64,000 bases of DNA from Candidatus Omnitrophota bacterium (GTDB lineage: Bacteria; Omnitrophota; Omnitrophia; Omnitrophales; Aquincolibacteriaceae): the NCBI GenBank assembly GCA_903856085.1, contig CAIOAT010000044.1, forward strand, positions 25,402 to 89,401. Reading direction: 5' to 3'. Of this stretch, positions 41,881 to 50,714 are shown piece by piece (the stretch's first letter is position 1; each line of letters opens with the position of its first letter). A program made the position numbers and the translations under genes. The notes beneath the pieces are model-generated. The model did not search any database, was not told where the DNA came from, and saw nothing but the letters and a program-made list of their open reading frames with translations.

Positions 41881-44800
41881 ATGGCTGGAACTTTAACGGA
41901 CGATAAAGCCCGACGACGAGAGCGTTTCTCGAAGCGTCTCATTGCGATCTTTGTTGTCGTTGTTTTTACGCTTTTTGACGCCGTTCGCTATGCTCCACAA
42001 GGCTATGCGAGCCCTATTGCTACAGTCGTTGATCCTGTCCTTGCGTCTGTTTCGATTCCCAAGGAACTTGGTAAGGTGGAGGAATCCTTTCGCGGGACTG
42101 CGGGCAAGACTGTGATCTTCATTGAGGACGCCCATGATTCCCTTGAAGCCCAGGAGAATATCGCAAAGCTTATCGGGAAGCTCGTAAAAGAAAATGGGAT
42201 CAAAACGGTTTTTGAAGAGGGCTACGAAGGCTCGGTTCCTACGGATAAGTTTTTTGGTTTTATTCAAGATCCCAAGATCAAACAAAAAGTCTCCTATTTC
42301 CTTTTGGATAAACTCCGTGTCGGCGGCGCGGAATACGCGCATATCAATCGGGTAAACGATTTCAAGCTGATCGGGGTCGAGGATCTCGAGCTGTACGGCG
42401 AGAATATCCAGTCCTACCGAACCTCCTCCCGAAATAGGCAAAGCATCGATGAAGACTTGAAAGAATTGTTTTCACAAATCGCCGTCCTTGCCGACCGGTA
42501 TTTTTCAAAGGAACTAAGGCGTTGGCTAAAGCACAAGGATCGTTTCGGGGAGGGGCAACTGCCGCTTCTTGATTATCTGAAAAGAACGCGTGACATCTTT
42601 CTTCAAAAGTGCTCGGCGCGCATGTTTGGGCAGCAATATCCGGCGGTGACGATCCTTCTCGCTGCGAAGTCATCGCGGGATCCGAAGCTTCTCGATCAGC
42701 TGAACACTTTGGATCTTAAGGTTGTTTTTGACGAAGTTTTGAGGTTGGAACGGGATCTTTCCAAGAGTTTTCTTGAAAATGAGAGAGATCGCAAGATCTT
42801 CGATTATTATCAGGCCCTGGGGCTTCTTAAGAGATTGAATCGAATCGAACTGACTCAGCCGGAATATGAAGCAGCCCAAGAGACGCTTCAGAAATTCGAG
42901 ACGCAAGAATTAGCGAATTTCATAGTATCTCTCACTCATCATTCATTGGTTCTTTCCAAAGAGTGGGAGCATCACATCCAGGATGCTATCCGGTTCTATG
43001 ACGTGGCGCACGGGAGAGATCGATCAGTCGACGTTCGTCTCAGAGAATTTCTTCGGAATAAAGAAGGAGATTCTGCGATTCTTGTGTTTGGCGGGTTCCA
43101 TGCAAGCGGCATCAAGGAGATTCTAAGGCAGCAAGGTCTTTCTTACATCGTAATTTCGCCGAAGATTACTTCCGTTGATAAAAAGCACCGGGATTATTAC
43201 AAACGGCTAATGTCCGAAGGTCGTCACTCCTTCGAAACCCCACTTCTCGTGGCTCGAGCCAACAGGTCTCCGGGCTATTTTTATTTAGCCGCCACAGGCA
43301 AAGAAGAATTTGTTCGTGCGGAACTCCGAGATATTGCTTCTTCCGTCAAGGCGCTTGGAGAGAACGCTGACTCGCTGCTGATTGAGCGCGGCCTCGCTGC
43401 ATTTGATCAATCGCGGGAGCATCAGCTTGTCAATGCAGAGACTGAAACATCGCAGACTCGTTCCGAGGTGCACTTGGATACTGTTCATTTAAGTGCTTTT
43501 CAGCCGGCGGCGGTGGTGAGCCGCCGTTCGGAGATGCGGGTGATGGAACCGGAAGTGCGAAAAGTTCTGGATGAAAAGTTCCAGGCGGTGGCGAATTTTC
43601 TCTCTGCTCGTGAAGAGTATATGCCGGGTCGCAATGTTCCCCTCCGAGACCAATGGGCTCCGACTGAGATCAGTAAGCTTGCGTTTTTAAAAGGGGAGAA
43701 GATCCTTGTCATGATTCTCGGGACGTGGGAGGACAAGGTCGCTTTTGAGGCCGCGCCAATCATCCGGGATCTTCGGGCCCGTGGTTATGATATCAAGGTT
43801 TTGACCAGTGGGAAATACGGGAACAAACCCGGAGTATTCTTTGATGCGCAGGGAAACCGGCTTCCTGAAGCTGTCGGTTACAAGCAAATCTTAGAAAAAG
43901 AAGGGGTGTCCGTGGATTTTGTGGAGCCTGATTCGACGAATTCTGGAGACAATATCCTGTTTTCCAAGAAAAAAATCGATGAGGCCGGATACAAGCCTGA
44001 TGTGATCATCGTGATGCAGAACGGGCTTCTTCAAAAGCGGGCCGGGTTGAGCATTGTCCGCCAGCATTTTGGGATTAAAAATGAAAAAGAAGAACATGAG
44101 GCCAAGAGAAAATTCGACGCCTCCGGCCTCCGGCTCATCAGCTACGCGCCCTATGTACCCAATGTTTCCGGACAAAGCGATCCAGAGGTCCTGCTAACTC
44201 TTGAATACGCATTAAAAGAGGTCGAAGCCCTGAAAAACTATCCCGCAATAGGATATACCATTCCTGTAGCGATCCCAGAGGATGTCCGCCAAGCAGCGGC
44301 AGATCTGACCGCAATGCTGGCTGAAATCAACAAGAGGATCGAAGAAAAAGCTAAAATTAAAGAGCATGTTTCTGACCTCGGGCAGGTGAAAGAGCGTCTT
44401 CGCACCAAATGGAATGAGGTTCGTTGGGTTCACAACAGGATTCCCGGGAAGAAAAATATTCCTGAGCCCGTTGGGCAATGGACTCAAGATGGTTTTTTAT
44501 GGAAAGGCATTTATAACCAGATTGATCCTCATGCTCTGGAAACAGCGATCGATCCCAATCCACCCGCCGGGCAAGAGCCGGCAAAACCAGGCTGGGTATT
44601 CGGGGATTATCCGGATGCCTCTCAAGTTCTTTTTACGGTGGATATCGACGGAGAACAAGGCAGAGTGCTTGTGGCTGGGGACGCGCAGCTTTCCAACGAA
44701 TCCCTTCTTATTCTCGATCGCGATACGCATCTGGTCTTGACGGATGAAAAATCCAATCTTTCGCTTTTGAAATTCCACAGGCGAAGCGGACTGAAAGGTT

Positions 44801-47800
44801 ATATCAATTTATGGGGGATAGGTCAGTTCCCGCGCTTGCACGATCATTTGGTTGAAGATATGCCCATCTTCGGATTACCGCTGAGAAAATCAGGCGGAAA
44901 AGTTGATGGTCTCGAAATGCAGGAGCTTGGGAATTATGCGGCCTCAACGCTGGTTTATACGGATGATGACGATGCGAAGCTTGCGGCGGTCATGGCCAAG
45001 ACCGCGCAGGAATTGTTGGAGGAAAAGATCCCGCATCAGGTGTTTCTTGCGGCCGGAAAGGTCATTTTTGTTCTGCGCGGTAGCGATCCACAGACGCTTC
45101 ATAAAGTCGAAGGGGAAAATTTCGCCGGACGGTACCTTACGGGTCAATTTGTCGGAGGGGTTGTCGGGTATCCGAAGGCGAGTGCCGATAAGATCACGCC
45201 TGAAAAATATCAGGACATAATGAGACGGGTTAGTCAGCCGGTCTCGATACGTGCTCGGATCATTTCAAATTTGCAACAGAAGGGGGTGGTTTCTCCTGCC
45301 CGGAATAATAAACGTTCCGAGATGCGTAAAGATACGGCGGAACAAGTGACGACCGAGATCTATGATCCGAAGCAAGCGGGGATCGATGTCAGTGTGAATC
45401 CCGTGCCAAGCGGGCATTTCCGGTATGACCAGGCGTCGAAACAACATTTCTGGGATGGAAAACAGGTTCTTTTTCGTAAAGACGAAGGCATTGCTAGAGA
45501 ATCCGCAGCTCCAGGAGCCCGGACTTGGCCGGTCGATATTGCCTGGGAAGAACATGAAAAAGATTTTGCGGCGGCTCATCCGTTGTTCGATCTTCACTCC
45601 TATGGAAATCTTTACAACAACGCTGGGTTTGTTGTCTTTGACGGGAAAACAGGCATGCTTTATTACCAGGCCGGGGAAGCCTTTGAGAAAAAAGCGTATT
45701 CGATGCTGGTTTCTTGGAACGATCGCACCGTTACCTCCGAGAATGTCCGTTTCGAACAGATCGCCGGAGGCAAGGCCGGTAAAGTTCAGGTGTTTGTTGA
45801 TGGGCAGTCGGGACCGATTCAGGACAAGATCCGGTTCGCGGTGTTCGGACAGAGATTAATCCACAAAGGCGCCGTGGTGCCTCTTGAGGCGGTCGCAGAT
45901 CAATTCGAGGACCTGTTTCAGCTTTATCGGCTTCCTCAATTCATGCAATGGAGAGAAAACGCGGCGCCAGTCTATGGACGAACGATCGGTGTGGAGGAGT
46001 TGGCCCGTTGGAGGACTACCGGCGATCCCAGGGACAAGGCCTTATTTATGGACGTTGTTCGTCATGATGGCTACATGGAGATTGATCTGACAGGTTATTT
46101 GCGGGAAGAAAAAGACAGCAAAGTCACTGTCAGGACCCTCAAAGAGATCAAGGACGGGGCTCTTACTCCGTTTGGCTATAAAGAAGTGGGGCTCGCGGAG
46201 CCGCAGGCGTTAAAGCGAGGCGAATATTTTATCCAAGACAACAGGCTGCATATTCGTTTTCTCCCTTATCCGTACCCGCATCATGTGCTCGGGATCACGG
46301 CATCGGGGAAAGTCGTTTCGGTTCTTTACATAGGAGACAAATATAAAAAACAGGGCGTTACGCTCCAAGACCTTCCTGAGAGCGTTCGCGAGCGCTATGG
46401 GAATCAGGAGAAAGATCCCATCCAGGAACTCCTCGTGATTGCGCAGGGTCGGGACAGTTTCCGCCGTCGTGACGGAAGACTTTCCGAACGCAGTCCTTAT
46501 ATCAATCTCAAGGGAACTGCCGCCATCCTTTTTGAACGGATCATGCCACCTGCCGCATCTACTTCTCAGGATTTGCTTGCGCCTCGCTCCGAGATGCGGA
46601 ATGCTGATGCGTCAGCGGTAGGCATGGCTGCTGTAAAACGACAAGCCATGGAAGCTCCCGACCCAGAGGGTTTCCTGAAAGTTGTAACAGCGTATCGCCT
46701 CGGAAAAGGATTGCTGACCACCGATAAGACTTTTTTCCTAACGGGTATTTATGACTTTCTTGGAAACACCGATCCCATTATCTCGACTCTGGAAGATATC
46801 GAAAGACGCACGAAGACCGGGCGGCAGCTTTTAGAGGACGTTTGGCAGGATCCTCAACAGCGTTCCAAGCTGTTTGATTTTGCCATTTCATACCATTACA
46901 GCTACACGCGCGAAGACCGGCTTCTAGAATTGGTTCGTAAACTTATCGAGGGGATCCAACAGCGGGGGGATTTTGCTTCGCAGGAAAAAATAACCATTCT
47001 GGACATAGGAACCGCTCCTAAGAAGTTTGGCTCTCCGACCTCGATGCAGACGATGGAAATGTTCCGCGCTGCTTTCCCAGACAAGCAAATAGAACTTAGC
47101 TCCGTAGACATGCAATTCCCAGCTTCATTTAAATTTAATGCCGAAGGAGTATATGTTGATGAGCGGACAGGTATCCGTTACGTCAACTACGACATCCGTA
47201 AGGGACCGTTGCCATCCGCTGATATTGTTATTGCCGTGAATCTGTTGGATCTTTATCAGGATGTTCAGGAGAGGAAACGTATTCGGAAGAATATTTTTCA
47301 ATCCAGCTTGAAGTATGTCGTTACTGGCGTCAAGAGTACGGAGGATATTTTCCGGCGTTCTAACGAGCAATCTGATCAATGGACAAAGATCGCAACAGTC
47401 CAGTTAATGGAGGAATGGTATGCGCAAAGTCTCTACCAAGGATTGGGTTTTTCTTCAGAAAACATAGGCTTCCAGAATTTGGCGGTGCGAAACGACTTGT
47501 ACGTCAATTACGAGTTCATGAAACCGCTTTTCGCGTTGCTCGAGAAGACAAAAACAAGCCGTTATCATGCCGCGTTCCAGGTTCTTACCGTGCTCTTTTT
47601 GCGCGGGGAATTGGAGGCACTTGTGTCGGGTGAGACGGTGAGTTTTCCAATGGAAGGCAGGCCTTTAGCAAAGTACTTTCCCGCAGAGAAGGATCGGGAG
47701 GTTATCCACCAGTTTCTGGTTTTTATGCAGGATCTGAAAAAGACGAGGGTTTTGAAGAATGAGGCATCGAACGATCCGAATCATGTGATCCCCCGGTTCT

Positions 47801-50187
47801 ATGAGTTGATCAATTTGTTTATTCTTGACCAGCACCAAAGGGGCGTGCTTCCGAAGTCTGGAAAAACATTGAAGATCTTATTACTCCAGGCAAGAGCGGA
47901 ACCGTTCGGATATGTTCCGGCCTATCTTCCCATAGGATTACCGGCACTGACGGCTGCTCTGAAAGGGGATGATTATCAGGCGCGCTTGTTCTCGCGTTTA
48001 TTGGTAGATCCCGATATTTACGAAAACTATTTAACCACGGATAAAGATGTTCGAGCGATCGATTTTCAGACCAAGGAGGCGTCATTTGAATTCGAAAAAT
48101 ATCTGTCGGAATTCAAGCCCGACATTGTCGGAATAAGAACGGTTTCAGCTTCCATCAAGGAATCCCAAAGGCTGGCCCGGGTCGCCAGGGCGGTTTTGGG
48201 GAATCATGCGCAGATCCATTTTGGAGGTTATCACATTACTGCGTTGCCAGAGGAAACGATGGCGGAGAACAAGGGGATTGTGGACGTTGGGTTTCTTCAA
48301 GAAGCTGAAGAATCCTATCCGCATTACTTGGCCATGTTCGTCAGCGGTCAGGATCCTGCCTCTGTGCCAGGGATATGCTATTACGACCACACCGGAAAAC
48401 TAGTTAAAACCGCCCCGAGAAGACCCGTGATCCCTTTTGATTATTATCCTTCCTTTATGGATTTTTTCGACATGCTTCCGGATCTTGATCGCTATGCGGA
48501 GCTGATCGTCGATAGCAAGCATGGGAAGATAACTTCCAAGATGGCTTTACTTGTGACGGAGCGAGGATGTAAGGCCCACTGCGCCTTTTGTCCGACTCGC
48601 ATCATGTTTGGCGCTTCGGGGATCAGATTTGATTCTGTCGAAACCGTTCTCAGCATTATGGAGGCCTATTATAAAAGGGGCTATCGGATATTCAATTTCC
48701 GGGATGATAATTTCACCGGGGATAGGCAGAGGGTGATGGCTTTGTCGGATGCCATTATCAAGAAAGGCTGGAAGATAGCATGGACATGCATGTCACGGGC
48801 CGACACGGTGGATGAAGAACTACTGACTAAGATGTACGACAGCGGCCTTTCGATGATCGCTTTTGGGGTGGAAAGCGGATCGGAGGATATTTTAAAGTCC
48901 ATGGGCAAGAGAGAGCTCTTATGGCCGATCAGAAAAGCCAATGTGTGGAGCCGGAAGCTAGGAATCTATTACAAAAATTATTATATGGTGGGTGCCCCAG
49001 GGGAGCAATGGCAGCATATCCTGAGGACATTGCTTTTCATGGCGGATTCCTTCGGAGGTTTTTCAACCATCAATCAAGCCGTTCAAGAAGGTCATGTCGT
49101 TAATGATGGAGAATATAGCGCAGCCTTTGATGGCTTGGTCAAAGAGGTTTCAGGTGCGGGGGAGGGCCTGGAACAATTCCTGACGAGGGAATTGAATTTT
49201 GTTGGGATGAAGCAGGATTCCGTTAACGTGGCTTACGCGATGCCGTATCCCGGTTCCACATGGTATAACCAGATAGGAAAAAAGATATGGATGGAGACCG
49301 ATCTTTTCCGGCATGGTCCCGCGGATCGCGACAATCTTGGCGTTTATAAATCTCCGACGCATACGGTAGAAATGACCCGTGAGGAAATTTCGGAAGCGAG
49401 GGAAGCGGTTGTGGGTTTTTACAAGGCTTTGGAGCAAAAAGATCGCGGAAAAATACTGGAGATCTTGGGAAAAGTTATTGGAAGAAGTCGCTCTGAGCTG
49501 CATGGACCGGAACGCAATCACGAAGAGCTGAAGACTTTGATTTCCCCATCAGGAAAACGTTCCGAAATGCGAGTTGCCCCAGAGGCGATATTAGGGGATG
49601 GCGGAACTCTTCGCGGGATCCCGAGCGCTAGTCCTGTAAAGGCTGTTTCTCGGGCGCGTGCTGACCGGATGATCCGGAGTGTCGGGAAAAATGTGCAGGG
49701 AGCAACGGTGTTCGTGGACGCGGAAGATTTTCCGAACCTCTCTCTGGAACAAAAACAGGAATATTTGATCGTGGCGCTTTCGAATAAAGCGCTTCACGTA
49801 GTAGTCTATAATGAGCATGAGCAGGTGCGTGACGAGTTGTTGGATGCTCTTCTCAAGCTTGACCGCGTGACGAGGACCGACAAAGACCTCGTCGGGGCCC
49901 AAATCAGTTTTGACCGGCCGAATGCGCCGAGCATTCATCTTTCCAAGCGGAACCTTCCATCCCCGGAAATGGTCCAACGTTTCAGGAAGAGGATCGCGTT
50001 TTTCAAAACGCAGGGACAAAATGGTGGAACTTTGGCTGCAGCGCTTCTTTGGTCGTGGTCGGGCGGGGAGGAATCCCGATTGAGGGAGGTGACCATGCAG
50101 GATGGATTCTGGGTCGTTGCTGAGTCCTTGGTTAATGCGCTTCAAGCCAGCTATGAAAGCAATCTTGCTTTTGCGGTCGCGGCCTAA
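41881..50187 (+). CDS. Giant (2768 aa) membrane-anchored multi-module protein G1 (module list in evidence)
   Basis: Single uninterrupted ORF with a GAGAGGA RBS and an N-terminal TM (LIAIFVVVVFTLFDAV). Modules: a TraB/GumN-like N-module, a DUF218/YdcF-like module, a phosphodiester-glycosidase-like module, a class-I methyltransferase-like module and a B12-binding radical-SAM module. The CxxxCxxC motif GCKAHCAFCP is at nt 48568-48591, followed by GYRIFNFRDDNF. R-S-E-M-R recurs four times at module borders. Confidence 0.85.
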   Translation: MAGTLTDDKARRRERFSKRLIAIFVVVVFTLFDAVRYAPQGYASPIATVVDPVLASVSIPKELGKVEESFRGTAGKTVIFIEDAHDSLEAQENIAKLIGKLVKENGIKTVFEEGYEGSVPTDKFFGFIQDPKIKQKVSYFLLDKLRVGGAEYAHINRVNDFKLIGVEDLELYGENIQSYRTSSRNRQSIDEDLKELFSQIAVLADRYFSKELRRWLKHKDRFGEGQLPLLDYLKRTRDIFLQKCSARMFGQQYPAVTILLAAKSSRDPKLLDQLNTLDLKVVFDEVLRLERDLSKSFLENERDRKIFDYYQALGLLKRLNRIELTQPEYEAAQETLQKFETQELANFIVSLTHHSLVLSKEWEHHIQDAIRFYDVAHGRDRSVDVRLREFLRNKEGDSAILVFGGFHASGIKEILRQQGLSYIVISPKITSVDKKHRDYYKRLMSEGRHSFETPLLVARANRSPGYFYLAATGKEEFVRAELRDIASSVKALGENADSLLIERGLAAFDQSREHQLVNAETETSQTRSEVHLDTVHLSAFQPAAVVSRRSEMRVMEPEVRKVLDEKFQAVANFLSAREEYMPGRNVPLRDQWAPTEISKLAFLKGEKILVMILGTWEDKVAFEAAPIIRDLRARGYDIKVLTSGKYGNKPGVFFDAQGNRLPEAVGYKQILEKEGVSVDFVEPDSTNSGDNILFSKKKIDEAGYKPDVIIVMQNGLLQKRAGLSIVRQHFGIKNEKEEHEAKRKFDASGLRLISYAPYVPNVSGQSDPEVLLTLEYALKEVEALKNYPAIGYTIPVAIPEDVRQAAADLTAMLAEINKRIEEKAKIKEHVSDLGQVKERLRTKWNEVRWVHNRIPGKKNIPEPVGQWTQDGFLWKGIYNQIDPHALETAIDPNPPAGQEPAKPGWVFGDYPDASQVLFTVDIDGEQGRVLVAGDAQLSNESLLILDRDTHLVLTDEKSNLSLLKFHRRSGLKGYINLWGIGQFPRLHDHLVEDMPIFGLPLRKSGGKVDGLEMQELGNYAASTLVYTDDDDAKLAAVMAKTAQELLEEKIPHQVFLAAGKVIFVLRGSDPQTLHKVEGENFAGRYLTGQFVGGVVGYPKASADKITPEKYQDIMRRVSQPVSIRARIISNLQQKGVVSPARNNKRSEMRKDTAEQVTTEIYDPKQAGIDVSVNPVPSGHFRYDQASKQHFWDGKQVLFRKDEGIARESAAPGARTWPVDIAWEEHEKDFAAAHPLFDLHSYGNLYNNAGFVVFDGKTGMLYYQAGEAFEKKAYSMLVSWNDRTVTSENVRFEQIAGGKAGKVQVFVDGQSGPIQDKIRFAVFGQRLIHKGAVVPLEAVADQFEDLFQLYRLPQFMQWRENAAPVYGRTIGVEELARWRTTGDPRDKALFMDVVRHDGYMEIDLTGYLREEKDSKVTVRTLKEIKDGALTPFGYKEVGLAEPQALKRGEYFIQDNRLHIRFLPYPYPHHVLGITASGKVVSVLYIGDKYKKQGVTLQDLPESVRERYGNQEKDPIQELLVIAQGRDSFRRRDGRLSERSPYINLKGTAAILFERIMPPAASTSQDLLAPRSEMRNADASAVGMAAVKRQAMEAPDPEGFLKVVTAYRLGKGLLTTDKTFFLTGIYDFLGNTDPIISTLEDIERRTKTGRQLLEDVWQDPQQRSKLFDFAISYHYSYTREDRLLELVRKLIEGIQQRGDFASQEKITILDIGTAPKKFGSPTSMQTMEMFRAAFPDKQIELSSVDMQFPASFKFNAEGVYVDERTGIRYVNYDIRKGPLPSADIVIAVNLLDLYQDVQERKRIRKNIFQSSLKYVVTGVKSTEDIFRRSNEQSDQWTKIATVQLMEEWYAQSLYQGLGFSSENIGFQNLAVRNDLYVNYEFMKPLFALLEKTKTSRYHAAFQVLTVLFLRGELEALVSGETVSFPMEGRPLAKYFPAEKDREVIHQFLVFMQDLKKTRVLKNEASNDPNHVIPRFYELINLFILDQHQRGVLPKSGKTLKILLLQARAEPFGYVPAYLPIGLPALTAALKGDDYQARLFSRLLVDPDIYENYLTTDKDVRAIDFQTKEASFEFEKYLSEFKPDIVGIRTVSASIKESQRLARVARAVLGNHAQIHFGGYHITALPEETMAENKGIVDVGFLQEAEESYPHYLAMFVSGQDPASVPGICYYDHTGKLVKTAPRRPVIPFDYYPSFMDFFDMLPDLDRYAELIVDSKHGKITSKMALLVTERGCKAHCAFCPTRIMFGASGIRFDSVETVLSIMEAYYKRGYRIFNFRDDNFTGDRQRVMALSDAIIKKGWKIAWTCMSRADTVDEELLTKMYDSGLSMIAFGVESGSEDILKSMGKRELLWPIRKANVWSRKLGIYYKNYYMVGAPGEQWQHILRTLLFMADSFGGFSTINQAVQEGHVVNDGEYSAAFDGLVKEVSGAGEGLEQFLTRELNFVGMKQDSVNVAYAMPYPGSTWYNQIGKKIWMETDLFRHGPADRDNLGVYKSPTHTVEMTREEISEAREAVVGFYKALEQKDRGKILEILGKVIGRSRSELHGPERNHEELKTLISPSGKRSEMRVAPEAILGDGGTLRGIPSASPVKAVSRARADRMIRSVGKNVQGATVFVDAEDFPNLSLEQKQEYLIVALSNKALHVVVYNEHEQVRDELLDALLKLDRVTRTDKDLVGAQISFDRPNAPSIHLSKRNLPSPEMVQRFRKRIAFFKTQGQNGGTLAAALLWSWSGGEESRLREVTMQDGFWVVAESLVNALQASYESNLAFAVAA

Positions 50188-50579
50188 TCGAACCAATGCT
50201 TATTCAGTCTTTTTTGTGATTTTAGCTGATTAAAACCATCAGACATCCTCTTTCCATGCCTGCGGAGAGTTGCTGTATTTTTTAAATGCCTTTTCGTCGA
50301 AGTTCTCGGCGGTTTCTGGCAAGCTTTCACTAGTAGGCCCCTCCTGAATTTCAAAAAAATCTTCAAGCTTAAAATTGGTTAATTTTAAAAAACTTTTTAT
50401 TATCATGATAAATACGCTTATCTTAAAAATCAAATTTTAGCCAAAAAGTCTCTGTTTTGTGTGTTTCATAATGCTATAAGAAATTATAAGGAATATTTTA
50501 TAAGTTAATATATTTTAAAGGAGTGTTATAACCAGTTGCTTGGTAACAGGTTACATCATTAAATTTTTTTTAGCTTTGC

Positions 50580-50608
50580 TTGACTGGGAACCTTCTATTG
50601 TGTATATT
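50580..50608 (+). promoter_or_regulatory. Near-consensus sigma70 promoter for G2: TTGACT-17nt-TATATT
   Basis: TTGACT at 50580-50585, an exact 17-nt spacer, TATATT at 50603-50608. It sits in a ~30% GC spacer about 107 nt upstream of the G2 ATG. Confidence 0.5.
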
Positions 50609-50714
50609 TCTATTAGGTTCTTAAGACTTTAAAATAAGTTTTATATCGTAGTTACCAATCAGCTATGAGCGCGTAGAGTAGTTTTAATCGAATCTGAGAG
50701 AGGACGGCAATCCG

